Positions 19,211 to 30,135 of a stretch of 64,000 nucleotides of DNA are shown in pieces. A program made the position numbers and the translations under genes. Within the stretch, counting starts at the first letter, position 1; each line of letters opens with the position of its first letter. The notes under the pieces were generated by a model. That model was given only the letters and a program-made list of their open reading frames with translations. It did not search any database and was not told where the DNA came from. Source of the DNA: Methanobacteriota archaeon (lineage in GTDB: Archaea > Thermoplasmatota > Poseidoniia > Poseidoniales > Poseidoniaceae). The stretch lies in contig JAYQHX010000002.1 of assembly GCA_038141355.1 (NCBI GenBank), positions 613,073 through 677,072 of the forward strand, read 5' to 3'.

Positions 19211-19668
19211 TGCAGATTACTAACCAAAAGAAAATGGCAGCTCAGATTTTGAACTGTGGTGTCCACAGAGTTTGGATTAATCCATCTTACTTAGACCAGG
19301 TCGCTCAGTCTGTACAAAAGGAAGATATCAGAGAAGCAATAGATAATGGCTGGATAAAAGCCAAAGCGGTTCAAGGAACTTCTAGAGTACGAGCAAAGAA
19401 GATCAAGGAACAGAAGATGAAAGGTCGCAGAAAAGGACAAGGAAAGAGGTCTGGAACTGCGAACGCTCGAAATCCTAGAAAACAACAATGGATGTCTACA
19501 ATAAGAGCTCAAAGAAGAACTCTAAAGGACATGAGAGAAGATGGAACGTTGGATAGGTCCCAATACCGCCACTATTACCTTAAGGCAAAAGGTGGATCAT
19601 ACAGGTCAGTTTCTCACATGAGATCCCAGATGGGTGTTGAGGGAATTAAATTAGGAGGTGACCAATGA
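19210..19668 (+). CDS. rpl19e: 50S ribosomal protein eL19
   Basis: It contains QKKMAAQILNCGVHRVWINP and a basic C-terminal half. Confidence 0.93.
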   Translation: MQITNQKKMAAQILNCGVHRVWINPSYLDQVAQSVQKEDIREAIDNGWIKAKAVQGTSRVRAKKIKEQKMKGRRKGQGKRSGTANARNPRKQQWMSTIRAQRRTLKDMREDGTLDRSQYRHYYLKAKGGSYRSVSHMRSQMGVEGIKLGGDQ

Positions 19669-20180
19669 TGGCACAAGGTCCTAGACAGAGAAACCAATAC
19701 AGAAGAAGAAAATCCGGTGAAACCGATTACAGAAGGCGCTTGAAACTTCTCAAGAGCGGTCAAGCAAGAGCTGTTGTCAGAGTATCAAACACCAGAGTCA
19801 CATGTCAGATTGTCACGTACGAAAAAGCGGGAGACAGTGTTTCCGTATCATCAACTGGTGATGATTTGGTGGCAAAATATGGATGGCCAGAAGGAAATTC
19901 AAGAAAGAATATTCCTGCATCATATCTAACTGGTTTCGCACTCGGTAAATCTGCAATTGCTTCAGGTGTTGATGAGGCAGTCCTTGATATTGGACTTGCG
20001 GCAAGTTCAGCAGGAAGCAGAGTTTTCGCAGCACTGAAAGGAATGATTGACGCTGGATTGGAAATCCCACATGGAGATGACATTCTACCTTCAGAAGACA
20101 GAATCAACGGAGAACACATCGATAGTTCATACGGCAAGGCAATTGAAGCATGCAAGAAAAAAATAGAGGAGGCGTTCTGA
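19665..20180 (+). CDS. rpl18: 50S ribosomal protein uL18
   Basis: It contains RRRKSGETDYRRRLKLL...RVSNTRVTCQIV. Confidence 0.93.
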   Translation: MMAQGPRQRNQYRRRKSGETDYRRRLKLLKSGQARAVVRVSNTRVTCQIVTYEKAGDSVSVSSTGDDLVAKYGWPEGNSRKNIPASYLTGFALGKSAIASGVDEAVLDIGLAASSAGSRVFAALKGMIDAGLEIPHGDDILPSEDRINGEHIDSSYGKAIEACKKKIEEAF

Positions 20181-20181
20181 A

Positions 20182-20943
20182 ATGACTGACGAATTAACAA
20201 ATATGGCTCCAGGATTAATCCAAGCATTCGCTCCTAAGGAAGAAACTCCTAGAGAATCTGGAAGAAGAAACAATTCAAACGATGAATCAATTTCTGCTCT
20301 CAGATCTTGGACACCAAGAACAAGATTAGGAAGAGAAGTAATGGCTGGCCGCATAATCACTTACGAGCAAGCTATGGCATCTGGGCTACCAATCAGAGAA
20401 GTTGAAATCGTTGATGCTCTAATTCCAAATCTTGAAGATGAAATAATCAAGGTTAACATGGTTCAAAGAATGACTGACTCTGGTAGACGTGTTAGATTCA
20501 ACGTAATGGCTTGTGTTGGAAACAAAGATGGCTATGTAGGTCTAGCAATGGCAAAAGGAAAAGAAGTTTCTCAGACTATCAGGAAAGCACTAACTGCAGC
20601 AAAGTTGAACATTATCCAAATTCAGAGAGGTAACGGTTCATGGGAATCCAGCGTAGGTCCGGGAACATCAGTGCCTTTCAAGGTACAAGGTCAAGCAGGT
20701 TCTACAAAAGTGACACTTATGCCAGCACCTGCTGGAAAAGGCCTAGTTATTGGAGAAACTGGAAAGAAAGTATTGGTTTTGGCCGGTGTTACAGACGTTC
20801 TTTCAAGAACAAAAGGTCAAACCAGAACAACGATCAATTACGCAGCGGCAACATTCAATGCTCTGGCTGAAATTAACAGAACAAGAGTGAGTCAATCGCA
20901 AAAAGAACAACTGTTCATCCATAAGGGGAGGTTGTTAGAATGA
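20182..20943 (+). CDS. rps5: 30S ribosomal protein uS5
   Basis: It contains WTPRTRLGREV and VGNKDGYVGLAMAKGKEV, and sits in the conserved order. Confidence 0.93.
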   Translation: MTDELTNMAPGLIQAFAPKEETPRESGRRNNSNDESISALRSWTPRTRLGREVMAGRIITYEQAMASGLPIREVEIVDALIPNLEDEIIKVNMVQRMTDSGRRVRFNVMACVGNKDGYVGLAMAKGKEVSQTIRKALTAAKLNIIQIQRGNGSWESSVGPGTSVPFKVQGQAGSTKVTLMPAPAGKGLVIGETGKKVLVLAGVTDVLSRTKGQTRTTINYAAATFNALAEINRTRVSQSQKEQLFIHKGRLLE

Positions 20944-21410
20944 GTTGGATTGTTGTAAGAGCACGTTCAGATGTCAAAGTCGAAAGGTCAATCAAAGAAA
21001 CGATGGGCATGCTGAACTTGACAAGGGTAAACCACGCTGTAATTATTCCAGAAAACCCACAATACAAGGGTATGCTTCAGAAGGCTAAAGATTACATCAC
21101 ATGGGGAGATGCTGATGCAGAAATGATTGAAAAAATGATTTCTGAAAGAGGCCGACTAGTTGGCGATTTACCGATCACTGATGAAGTCGTCAAGGAAGGA
21201 ACAGAATATTCTTCAATCAAAGAATTTGCAGCAGCTATCGCATCTGGCGATGCTACTGTCAAGGATTTGCCTAACATGAAGAGAGTTTTCAGACTACATC
21301 CACCAAGAGGCCCAAAGGGCTGGGGTGGTATCAAGCGAACCTACGTTGTAGGTGGCGCTTTAGGTCCTCGTGGAGAGGATATCTCAGCATTGGTTGAGAG
21401 AATGATTTGA
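20940..21410 (+). CDS. rpl30: 50S ribosomal protein uL30
   Basis: 156 aa of the archaeal long form (TMGMLNLTRVNHAVII). Confidence 0.9.
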   Translation: MSWIVVRARSDVKVERSIKETMGMLNLTRVNHAVIIPENPQYKGMLQKAKDYITWGDADAEMIEKMISERGRLVGDLPITDEVVKEGTEYSSIKEFAAAIASGDATVKDLPNMKRVFRLHPPRGPKGWGGIKRTYVVGGALGPRGEDISALVERMI

Positions 21411-21419
21411 GGTGATTAA

Positions 21420-21833
21420 ATGAGCAAAGCAAACAAACATCGTGGACGATGCCGAACTCACGGAAGAGGTCACAAGGCTGGCCGTGGGGCAGGTAAGCGT
21501 GGAGGACGTGGTAACGCCGGTATCAACAAACACCGAGTTATGACTAGAATCAAATACATGCCTAACCATTGGGGAATGCATGGATTCAACAGAAATCCTG
21601 GGCTAAGAACCGTTTACGTCACTTGCAATGTAGGAGATCTAGAAGGTCTCGCTGCTGGTGGCGACTCCGTTGATTTAACAGAAATGGGAATTGACAAATT
21701 ACTGGGTTCAGGTCAATTGAAGAAGGCTCTAACAGTCACAGTCGAAGAATGGTCAGCAAAAGCTGCGGAAAAGGTATCCGCTGCTGGTGGCTCAATCGAA
21801 GGCGACGACGAAGAAGAGGAAGAGTGGGAGTGA
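21420..21833 (+). CDS. rpl15: 50S ribosomal protein uL15
   Basis: Gly/Arg-rich N-terminus (HGRGHKAGRGAGKRGGRGNAG), with GAGGTGA at 21409-21415. Confidence 0.92.
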   Translation: MSKANKHRGRCRTHGRGHKAGRGAGKRGGRGNAGINKHRVMTRIKYMPNHWGMHGFNRNPGLRTVYVTCNVGDLEGLAAGGDSVDLTEMGIDKLLGSGQLKKALTVTVEEWSAKAAEKVSAAGGSIEGDDEEEEEWE

Positions 21834-21903
21834 GCATCTTTAGGGATTAAACTCCGCTAAGTTCTTTACCAAATGAAATTGAAATAATAAATGAGGGAAC
21901 AAA

Positions 21904-23865
21904 ATGGGCAAACAATCTATCCCTTGGGCAGTTGGATTAACTGGAATCCTGTACTTTGGAATGTTAATCTACTGGGAGTTTGAAGCATTCGAAGCAGCGT
22001 TAGGCCTAGGTGGGACTGCAAGCCAGAATGCAATTGACGGGGCTATTTTTGGTCTCGGAATGTCAATTGCCTATGTCGCTTACCTGATTCTTTGTTTCAC
22101 TAAAGATATGCCAGAAGGCCTCAAAGAGGTTCCAATTGTTGGAAGATATGGTAAATTGCTTGGTTGGCTTGCTTTCTTAGGTGTCGCAACCTACTACTGC
22201 CGTCCAAATGCTTGGGCGAATGGAACTCATGAAGACCTTGTAGGATACCTGTTGGTTGGAGTTATTCTCCTTGGTTTCGCTGCTTCTGCTGCACTCACAT
22301 GTTTCATGTACAGCGGCGATAAAAACAGCAGATTGTATGCTCTTCACAGGTTCGTCGATACATATCCTACAATTACAAAACCAGATCGACACGTTAGATT
22401 TAATGAAAAATTGTGGACTACAACTCTTGTTTTGATAATCTATTTCGCAATGACCAATGTCATGCTTTGGGGTCTATCTGGACAGGCACTTGACTTGTTC
22501 AGTGGTTTCAGGTCAATCATGGCTGGTGCTTCTGGTACAATCATGCACTTGGGAATTGGACCGATTGTTACTGGTTCGATTATCATGCAGTTATTCGCTG
22601 GTGCTAAAATCATCAAACTAGATTTAACCGACTCAAGAGATAAAGCAATGTATCAAGGTGTTCAGAAATTATTGGTTCTAATTATGATTCCAATTGAATC
22701 AATACCTCAAACATATGGTTTCTTGGATCCTATGCCAAACCTGGTTTCTACCTATGGTATGGGATGGGCTAACTTTGTAATCGTGGCTCAATTATTTGCT
22801 GGTTCTTATCTTGTATTCTTGCTTGACGAACTTGTGTCAAAGTGGGGTATCGGGTCAGGTATTTCCCTGTTTATCGCTGCGGGTGTAGCACAATCGACAT
22901 TCGTTGGAACTCTATCTCCTCTACCAACAACCACAGGTGTTGGGTACAGCATTCAAAACCCACCTTCTGGAACGCTTCCGATGATATTCTACATGTTTAG
23001 GGAGTCAACGAATAGCCAAATGATTTCTCAGAATGGTTTCGAAACGATTTTACTGACCCACGTTAATCCAGTAGTGGCTTTGTTCTCATCGGTTGTTGTA
23101 TTCTTGATTGTCGCATATGCGGAATCAAGTAAGTTGGAATTACCACTTACACACGGAAAGGTCAGAGGCCACCGTGGTAAGTATCCAATCCGATTGGTCT
23201 ATGCATCGAACATTCCGGTTATTTTGATGGCTGCTCTATTGGCAAACATCAACATGTTTACCCTGCTATTCTGGAACCACCCTACACTGCAGAAAACGCC
23301 TATCCTCGGTAAAGAAGGATGGGGTAGTATGTCCGAGTATATCGGTACCTATGAACCAGGTTCATCTACGCCTAGTGGAGGTTTCGCATGGTACTCTTCA
23401 ATGGTTAACGGTGTAAACGATTGGCTGATACCACTATTGAATCAACAGGGAGATATCTATGGGCACTCATTATGGCAGATAGGTGGTCACGTATTCTTCT
23501 ATGTCACATTGATGACAGTAGGTTCTATGGTCTTCGCTAAGTTCTGGATCGATACCACAAACATGGGTTCGAAAGATGTTGCAAAACAAATTGAGAGAAC
23601 AGGAATGCAAATTCCTGGATTCAGAAAGAACCCTCTAGTTCTTGAGAGAATCCTTGAGAGATATATTCCACCAATAACCTACTTCTCAGGGGCTTTCGTA
23701 GGATTGTTAGCTGCTGGAGCAGACTTACTTGGAACGGTCGGAAACGCAACCGGAACGGGTCTGTTGCTAGCCGTAGGTATCATTCTAAGGACATACGAAC
23801 AGATCCAAAAAGAGCAAGCTATGGAAATGCATCCAATGTTAAGGCAGTTCTTCGGCGCTGAGTGA
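21904..23865 (+). CDS. secY: Preprotein translocase SecY with a ~145-aa N-terminal membrane extension
   Basis: From about residue 150 the sequence is canonical archaeal SecY (KPDRHVRFNEKLWTT, LGIGPIVTGSIIMQL, YGIGSGISLFIAAGV, GKYPIRLVYASNIPVIL, IPGFRK). At 653 aa it is longer than the roughly 450-490 aa I recall as typical. Confidence 0.92.
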   Translation: MGKQSIPWAVGLTGILYFGMLIYWEFEAFEAALGLGGTASQNAIDGAIFGLGMSIAYVAYLILCFTKDMPEGLKEVPIVGRYGKLLGWLAFLGVATYYCRPNAWANGTHEDLVGYLLVGVILLGFAASAALTCFMYSGDKNSRLYALHRFVDTYPTITKPDRHVRFNEKLWTTTLVLIIYFAMTNVMLWGLSGQALDLFSGFRSIMAGASGTIMHLGIGPIVTGSIIMQLFAGAKIIKLDLTDSRDKAMYQGVQKLLVLIMIPIESIPQTYGFLDPMPNLVSTYGMGWANFVIVAQLFAGSYLVFLLDELVSKWGIGSGISLFIAAGVAQSTFVGTLSPLPTTTGVGYSIQNPPSGTLPMIFYMFRESTNSQMISQNGFETILLTHVNPVVALFSSVVVFLIVAYAESSKLELPLTHGKVRGHRGKYPIRLVYASNIPVILMAALLANINMFTLLFWNHPTLQKTPILGKEGWGSMSEYIGTYEPGSSTPSGGFAWYSSMVNGVNDWLIPLLNQQGDIYGHSLWQIGGHVFFYVTLMTVGSMVFAKFWIDTTNMGSKDVAKQIERTGMQIPGFRKNPLVLERILERYIPPITYFSGAFVGLLAAGADLLGTVGNATGTGLLLAVGIILRTYEQIQKEQAMEMHPMLRQFFGAE

Positions 23866-23879
23866 TTCGCATCACTGCA

Positions 23880-24030
23880 CGACATTTTTGGAAAAAGTCT
23901 TTTGAAAAATAGACTAAATCACATTAAATTTGTTAAAAATCTGCGAAAATATCTAAGTATTTTATACTAAAATATGGCTCGCAGTAATTCGTTTTACATT
24001 TTTTGTAAATAGTCACCTTGATATACAGGT
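23880..24030 (+). promoter_or_regulatory. AT-rich region likely to contain the 16S rRNA promoter (TATA-like ttttatac / tttgtaaata elements)
   Basis: This is the only strongly AT-rich stretch between secY and the GC-rich 16S leader. The exact TATA/BRE cannot be fixed by eye. Confidence 0.3.
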
Positions 24031-24349
24031 GGGAGTTGGGCAAGATGCTTGCGTCATTCGGAATGGCGTTGGCGGATGAGTCGAAAGACGATGATATCCG
24101 CTATCTTCCGGATGCAAGCCGAAGCATATTGCGGTCTCAAGAAACCACGCCCTTCCCGGGGATTTGTGAAAGCTTGGGGCCAGGTAGGTGATCAGTGTTC
24201 ACGACACAATTTTGTATTGTGTGCAAATTAAGAGCAACTCTAGTGCAACGTGAACCTGTCAATTCAAATTTTAGGTCAGCAAAAAATAACACAAAAGCGA
24301 CAAGTAGCCTAAGGATCGAGACAAGAGAGGTGCAAATCTAGCATCACGA

Positions 24350-25817
<1,468 letters not shown>

Positions 25818-25827
25818 AAGAAAACCC

Positions 25828-25864
25828 GGAAGCGGGGGACTTCGGTCCCCGTTTCCACTTTTTT
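25828..25864 (+). terminator. Hairpin with a UUCG loop followed by T6, immediately after the 16S 3' end
   Basis: ggaagcgggggac-ttcg-gtccccgtttcc (25828-25856) is followed by tttttt at 25859-25864. The convergent minus-strand gene ends at 25895. Confidence 0.6.
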
Positions 25865-25894
25865 ATCGCTCGCGCGGTTTACTTTTTACACCGC

Positions 25895-28627
25895 TTACTT
25901 TTCATCGACGTACCAATATTTCTTGTTAGGCGATAATGGGCGCTTCATCCATAGAGGCCTTCTTTCACCTCGTGGATGGGTTTCTCTTTCTTTAGCCCAA
26001 GAATTCCACTTCTTGTAATATTCATGAGACTTATTCGTATCAACTTCTACGTCACCATATTCTTCGCCTTCCGCTGGAAGAGACAACTTGACTTTTTGCA
26101 ACCAGCAATGAGCTCCACTAATTGGATCTGGTTGAACAGCATGTGTGATGTTTTGATGTACACCGCCATCTCTCCAGAATAGGCGGTTTGTATCAGGGTC
26201 ATTTGATTCAAATGGTGTTACTCCTTCTATAGTCCTCATTCTCCATTTGCCATCGCCTCTGTCTTCAATAGACACTGTATTGGTCATCATGCGATTTCCA
26301 GCATCTTGTTTTCTTCTCCAGCGGCCAATGTGGTGAGAACATCCCACGATACCAGGTTTAATCGCCTCAGTCACCCAGACTTTATCGATAAACCAGCCAA
26401 TTTCCGTTTCAATTTTGATTAATCCTCCCTCAGTCACACCTAGTTTTTTGGCATCTGATGGATGGAGCCAAATAGGATTTTTATGTGCGATTTCCACCAG
26501 CCATTTTGCGTTAGCTGACCTCGAGTGTATATGCATTGGCAGTCTGAAATTCGGCAGCAAGCAGAATTCGTTTTCCCCAGTCAAATTTTCTGGGTGGACA
26601 TGAGATTTTATTTTGTAATGTGGTATTGCGTGTTCGGGATAACCGAATTCAATCATCGTAGGCGAATAGAATTCTTGTTTCCCTGAAGGAGTTGGCCATC
26701 CTTCTTTTTCGTATTTTTTATATGTACTTTCTTCAATCAAAAAAGCACCGTGTCTTCTCATGTATTCTAACTCGGAGAGTTCTTCTTCCTTGGCTTTCTC
26801 AGTTAAACCAGGTACTCTCTCAAAGATGTACTGATAGTAATCATCGAGATTCATAGTATCTCCATCTCTGTATGGTGACATGAAATATTGCTTGATTCCT
26901 AGGCTTCCATCAGGATCTATTCTAAGGCTCAGTTCATTCCAGAACTCGTCTTCTTCCCAGACTTCTCCAGGGTTTACCTCGTGAGTGAATTCTACTTCCT
27001 TGCCTTGTCTTCTTTGGAACTCTCGCAAAACCGGTTGTCTGAATGCAACCCACTTCCCTGATGAAGTCGCGTATGAGTTGATATCGTGCCTTTCGCTTGC
27101 GTGTCCCATAGGAATAACGTAATCTGCAAAGAATGCAGTCTCGTTCCAAGTCGGAGTCATTGCGATATGGCATCCGACCGCTTCTTCGTTTTGCAACATT
27201 TCAATCCACGAAAAGCCATCCGGATAAGTCCAAACCGGATTAAACACCCTCGTAAAATAAACATCCATAGTTCCTCTTCCTTCCTTAACAAGATGTGGAA
27301 GAATATGGCTCATTTCGAAATGAGCAAGAGTATATTCCGGTGGGAAATGCAATTCATTCCAGCCTTCCGGAGCCGGAGGCTCATTTGGCAATTCAGGCTT
27401 GAATTTTGACCATGAATTAGGTGCAGTGCCACCTTCAGTTCCAACTGAACCGGTTAGTACATTTAGGAAATGGAGACTTCTAGAGACCTGCCATCCACCT
27501 AAATTGCCGATAGATGCAGCCCTCCATACGTGTGATGATAATCTACTTCCAGCATTTGCGACGATTCTTCCAGTTTCGATGACCTGTTCTACAGGAATTC
27601 TGCATTCTTTTGATGCGAATTCAGGAGTATATTGAGCATATTCTTGTTTCAGGATTCCTATGAAGTTGTCAAAAGTTTCCTCTGAATTTGGATGAACTTC
27701 TTGTAAGTACTGTTGCCAATTTACTTGTGTTTCCATGAATTCTCTATCATATAGCCCTTCATCCAAGATAATCTTGGCCCAACTCAGGAAAAGTGCAGTT
27801 TCACTACCTGGCCAGGTTGGAATCCAGTGGTCAGCCATAGATGCAGTGTTAGATAGTCTAGGGTCAACAACAATCAATTTAGCGCCATCCATCATTCCTT
27901 CGAGAATTCTTTGTGCGTGAGGATTGAAGTAATGACCGGTTTCAAGGTGAGATGAACATAGTAGGATTACCTTTGCATTACTATGGTCGGGACTTGGTCT
28001 GTCATGGTGATGCCAGATTGCATAACCTGTTCTAGCTCCTGCACTACATATGTTGGTATGTGAATTATGTCCGTCTACTCCCCACGCTTTGAGTACACGA
28101 TTCGTATACCCTTCATGACCAGGTCTTCCAACGTGGTAAACTACTCTATCTCGAGCGCCAGTTTCTAGCGATGCTCTGATTTTGTTTGCTATATCATCGA
28201 GAACTTCTTCCCAAGAAACTCTCTCCCAGCCACCTTCACCTCTTTTTCCAACTCGCTTTAGCGGGTAAAGAATTCTCTCAGTATCATTAATTTGGTTAAT
28301 TGTAGCAGGTCCTTTAGCACAGTTTCTTCCTCTACTTCCGGGGTGGTTAGGATTTCCCTCAAAACGAGACACTTCGCCGGTTTCTTTATCTACATATGCT
28401 AGTAAACCACATGCGGATTCACAATTAAAACAAGTAGTAGGGACCAAGGAGAAGTTTCTTTCAACCTGCTTGGGCCATGCTTGAGCATCTAGTTCTGTGT
28501 GATTATCCCAATCATCCATGGTTGGGTATTTTCTCAAAGGCCCATCTGCGCCTTTGTGAGGCTTTTTATCGATATTTGGAATAATTCGCAATTTCTGTGC
28601 TATATTTTCAATAAATGTCCTTGCCAT
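25895..28627 (-). CDS. Molybdopterin (bis-MGD) oxidoreductase catalytic subunit, DMSO-reductase superfamily (Psr/Phs/Ttr-like). The substrate is unknown.
   Basis: 910 aa with the N-terminal 4Fe-4S motif CFNCESAC...RNCAKG and a candidate Mo-ligand Cys in HTNICSAGARTG. No RR twin-arginine motif is visible. GAGGTGA lies upstream. Confidence 0.85.
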   Translation of the reverse strand: MARTFIENIAQKLRIIPNIDKKPHKGADGPLRKYPTMDDWDNHTELDAQAWPKQVERNFSLVPTTCFNCESACGLLAYVDKETGEVSRFEGNPNHPGSRGRNCAKGPATINQINDTERILYPLKRVGKRGEGGWERVSWEEVLDDIANKIRASLETGARDRVVYHVGRPGHEGYTNRVLKAWGVDGHNSHTNICSAGARTGYAIWHHHDRPSPDHSNAKVILLCSSHLETGHYFNPHAQRILEGMMDGAKLIVVDPRLSNTASMADHWIPTWPGSETALFLSWAKIILDEGLYDREFMETQVNWQQYLQEVHPNSEETFDNFIGILKQEYAQYTPEFASKECRIPVEQVIETGRIVANAGSRLSSHVWRAASIGNLGGWQVSRSLHFLNVLTGSVGTEGGTAPNSWSKFKPELPNEPPAPEGWNELHFPPEYTLAHFEMSHILPHLVKEGRGTMDVYFTRVFNPVWTYPDGFSWIEMLQNEEAVGCHIAMTPTWNETAFFADYVIPMGHASERHDINSYATSSGKWVAFRQPVLREFQRRQGKEVEFTHEVNPGEVWEEDEFWNELSLRIDPDGSLGIKQYFMSPYRDGDTMNLDDYYQYIFERVPGLTEKAKEEELSELEYMRRHGAFLIEESTYKKYEKEGWPTPSGKQEFYSPTMIEFGYPEHAIPHYKIKSHVHPENLTGENEFCLLPNFRLPMHIHSRSANAKWLVEIAHKNPIWLHPSDAKKLGVTEGGLIKIETEIGWFIDKVWVTEAIKPGIVGCSHHIGRWRRKQDAGNRMMTNTVSIEDRGDGKWRMRTIEGVTPFESNDPDTNRLFWRDGGVHQNITHAVQPDPISGAHCWLQKVKLSLPAEGEEYGDVEVDTNKSHEYYKKWNSWAKERETHPRGERRPLWMKRPLSPNKKYWYVDEK

Positions 28628-28636
28628 AAAATCACC

Positions 28637-30046
28637 TCACAACAATGGCTCCAATTGAGGTCTTTCAATAACGTGATGCCCATGGACTAGAATAATTATC
28701 AAACCGATAATTCCAGTCATTATAGGTAATAGTCCGCCAACGATTATCGCTAGAGTAGCACCGCCAATTAAGGCGGTCTCGATTAAAAATTTGAGGGGAA
28801 GTAATCTATCTTTAGACCACGATCGTCCCTTTGCTTGCTGTAGCAACCAAGCGGTGTAGACACCGGTTAATGCTGCAATTGGTATTCCTGCGTAAGCCAA
28901 GTATTTCAGATAAGTTTCATCTAAATCCAGTATAACTACTGCGAGAGATACCGCTAGAATTCCACCGTATGCTGCAAGAATATATGCTCCTTTTACAAGC
29001 CAAGAATTCCAATTGGGTCGTAGCATCACATACAGGAATCGTTCAGGTCTATCTAAGTCCTTGATTAGAAGTAATCCAGTTATAGTCATGAAACCTAATC
29101 CAACTCCTATGACTGGAATCCATAATTCGTCCATATTAGGTAAATATCCTGTGAGCCACATAATCATAGCAACCATGTATGTTCCTGCTGCAATTCCTTT
29201 GGTCCAGATGTATGCGCTGACTTCCCATCCCCATAGAATACCTTTGGATGGTGCATCGTATGCTCTCTTCGCATTCGGTGAGTTGTCAGCTAATTTTTGA
29301 GCAACGTCACGAATTATTGCTTGGTCTCGAGGATTTGCATCTTTTGCTTTCATCTCCAAGGCTAATTGAACTAGCATTGAGTGTTCATCGGCAGCTCCCA
29401 TCCTTTCGCTGGCATATTTTGCATAATGTCCAACACCTGCTGCTTGTTCATTCCACATTCCTTCAGCGGTTTTATCAGTGGCTAGAGGATTTAACATATC
29501 GTCAGATGTATCTAGATAGAATACATTTGGTATAGTTCCAGCTTCGGGCTTACGAACCTTTGTTTCATTTTCTGAAATTAGAATTGACAGATTAGAGGTT
29601 TCATCATCTAAATCTCCACTAACAATTGCTTCAACTGGACAAACAATTACGCAAGCAGGTTCATACGAATTTTCGATTCTATGTGCACAATAATTACACT
29701 TTGCGGCAGTACCTGAATCTGGATTGATGTATAGAGCGTCATATGGACATGCTTGCATGCAAGATTTACATCCAATACATCTGTCATCGTCGAAATCTAC
29801 AATTCCATCATCTCTTGTGAATAGGGCTGTTGTTGGACAAATTGTCGTGCATGGTGCATCTTCACAGTGATTACATCTATGAACACTAAATTCTCGATTC
29901 GAATTTGGATATTCTCCAGTTTCGATATATTTTACGTGAGTTCTATTTACTCCGACAGGAACATCATGCTCAGATTTACAGGCAACTGTACAGGCGTGAC
30001 ATCCAATACATTTTCTGTTATCGATGGCAAAGCCATAATTTACCAT
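28637..30046 (-). CDS. Fusion of a four-cluster 4Fe-4S ferredoxin subunit (DmsB/PsrB/NrfC-like) to a polytopic NrfD/PsrC-like membrane domain
   Basis: Four Cys groups are present (CIGCHACTVAC, CNHCEDAPCTTICP, CIGCKSCMQACP, CNYC...CVIVCP). A ~100-aa linker follows, then about 5-6 hydrophobic helices beginning with WGWEVSAYIWTKGIAAG. Confidence 0.8.
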   Translation of the reverse strand: MVNYGFAIDNRKCIGCHACTVACKSEHDVPVGVNRTHVKYIETGEYPNSNREFSVHRCNHCEDAPCTTICPTTALFTRDDGIVDFDDDRCIGCKSCMQACPYDALYINPDSGTAAKCNYCAHRIENSYEPACVIVCPVEAIVSGDLDDETSNLSILISENETKVRKPEAGTIPNVFYLDTSDDMLNPLATDKTAEGMWNEQAAGVGHYAKYASERMGAADEHSMLVQLALEMKAKDANPRDQAIIRDVAQKLADNSPNAKRAYDAPSKGILWGWEVSAYIWTKGIAAGTYMVAMIMWLTGYLPNMDELWIPVIGVGLGFMTITGLLLIKDLDRPERFLYVMLRPNWNSWLVKGAYILAAYGGILAVSLAVVILDLDETYLKYLAYAGIPIAALTGVYTAWLLQQAKGRSWSKDRLLPLKFLIETALIGGATLAIIVGGLLPIMTGIIGLIIILVHGHHVIERPQLEPLL

Positions 30047-30135
30047 AACCCATGCTCGTTATCGAATTACATTAACTTATCTTACTTGTGTAATTATTCT
30101 TGGCAAGCGGTAAAAGATTAATTGAATTATTTTGG

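Noticed and set aside
25818-25894. Possible 16S-23S spacer, spacer tRNA or start of a 23S gene
   Set aside because: Only 77 nt separate the 16S end from a convergent protein-coding gene. The segment is filled by a terminator-like hairpin and T-run, with no tRNA or 23S 5' sequence.
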